From positions 20,956,001-21,020,000 of the forward strand of contig CM120645.1 in the NCBI GenBank assembly GCA_051362555.1: a stretch of 64,000 bases of DNA, written 5' to 3'. Below, piece by piece: positions 62,739 to 64,000 of this stretch (its first letter is position 1; each line of letters begins with the position of its first letter). Below the pieces are notes generated by a model, which was given only the letters and a program-made list of their open reading frames with translations, was not told the DNA's origin and did not search any database. This DNA is from Lingula anatina. Taxonomy: Eukaryota > Animalia > Brachiopoda. Position numbers and translations under genes: made by a program.

Positions 62739-63650
62739 AGCTTCGGTCACAACCGGCCGCACGGGCTATAACGGTCTGCTTGCGTCCAAATTTTGCGCAG
62801 AATCTCACGTGCAGCGCAAGTCCTTCTTGCGAAATTTGGAGTCCGCAGACAGCCCGTAAGCACGTACGGAGGAAGTTGGACATGTCCAAAAGATCCTACG
62901 AATAATCTGCGAACAGCGAGGCCGCAAACGTAACTTGCTCCACTCGCAAGGAGTTTGCGAGAAGCACGCAAGTGAGTCGTGCGTGGTCCAAGACGCACGT
63001 TGTAAACAATGAAGGAGCAAGTGCCTTTTGCGTGTTGAGTACGACGCACGCCCCCACAGCTAACGAACAAAGTCGAAAGCACGGCGGAAGTGCGTCGCCC
63101 CCCTACACGCCAGAAGTATAAAAGGCATGCTTACGATGCACGCTCGTGTCTCGACAAATAACGTCGCTTGTGCCAAATAACGTCGCTTGTACAACATTTC
63201 CAAAATTTTTTAATTTGCTCAATTCAGCTTCTAATATGCCTGCAAAAGGCAAGGGAAAGAAGCTAAGAGAGCAGAAAAGAAGGGAGGAGGAAAAAGAAAG
63301 AAGGGGAGAACAGGAGGCAAAACTGACGTACGCGGTCAGTACGTCATTACAAGCGTGTGAGGCAAGTGTGAAGCAAAAGGAAATTACTTACGCCGTGAGT
63401 AGCATTCTCTTCATAAATGGTGTGTGCCTGCCACGTATGCAGGTAGCAAGACAAACTCAAGAAATGAGTAAATCGTACCTTGCAATTAGCGTCCCTGCTT
63501 CTCACGTGGACCCTGCGACTCGCAAGGCAGACTTGCGCCTTTCCATTTCAAACTTCCTCTATCTCTACGAACTCCACGGCCTCCACTGCACCCAAAATTC
63601 GCAGGGGCCGTAAGATCCTAAAATTCGTGCGTCCGGTTGTGGCCGAGGCT
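62739..63650 (+). mobile_element. PIF/Harbinger-like TIR element (912 bp) with 3-bp TSD
   Basis: TCA|agcttcggtcacaaccggccgcacg ... cgtgcgtccggttgtggccgaggct|TCA (25-bp TIR, 3 mismatches); GC-rich interior. Confidence 0.85.
63236..63613 (+). CDS. 125-aa ORF inside the Harbinger-like element with a basic N-terminus, possibly a truncated accessory gene
   Basis: TATAAAAG at 63117; ATG at 63236 gives MPAKGKGKKLREQKRREEEKERR; no recognisable domain. Confidence 0.3.
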   Translation: MPAKGKGKKLREQKRREEEKERRGEQEAKLTYAVSTSLQACEASVKQKEITYAVSSILFINGVCLPRMQVARQTQEMSKSYLAISVPASHVDPATRKADLRLSISNFLYLYELHGLHCTQNSQGP

Positions 63651-64000
63651 TCATACGTTGAGGTACGTATATAGTACTTGTACGATCATGTCATACTGTA
63701 TAGTTGTACTGTATTGTATAGTCAACGTTTCCATGCAAATGAGTATGGAATGCAGCACTAAATTATGTTAATTATGTCATATCAACATCAGGTACGACAC
63801 TCATGCAAAATATTGCAGGGATTCATAACATAACTACTTTTACAGGCAAACGATTCTCGATATCATATACTTTGTATATTTTATCGGTTCAATAAATTAT
63901 TGTTATTAGTATAACATGCCTAAAGGCCATGCCTCCACATATAGCTCTTTAGAAAAGATTTCATTTATTTTACATCATTAAACAAATTATTTAAATAAAT

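Overview
AT-rich, intron-rich animal genomic DNA; the repeat landscape suggests a lophotrochozoan, probably a mollusc (inference). Three spliced protein-coding genes can be assembled by hand with consistent splice phases. (1) A 5-exon, 263-aa Cys-rich secreted or GPI-type protein on the minus strand (2093-5484). (2) A 20-coding-exon MOV10-type SF1 RNA helicase on the minus strand (18751-40780, about 1087 aa) with an extra matrin/JAZ-type C2H2 zinc finger. (3) Head-to-head with MOV10, a 10-exon Artemis/DCLRE1C on the plus strand (41282-52829, about 1166 aa) with a very long acidic tail rich in SIM-like motifs. Between gene 1 and MOV10 lies the most unusual region, a candidate multi-exon non-coding transcription unit on the minus strand (about 14685 to 7370). 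It has a TATA box and Inr, an array of about 131-bp complete exon+intron cassettes with stop codons in all frames, an adjoining 52-bp exonic array, and a dense chain of stem-loops. Mobile DNA includes an L2-type LINE RT just behind an Artemis splice donor, an RTEX-like 3' fragment, a decayed Penelope-like GIY-YIG fragment, nested Helentron-like elements (one with a 146-bp satellite showing higher-order structure), and Kolobok- and Harbinger-like MITEs. All homology calls are from recalled motifs, not database searches.
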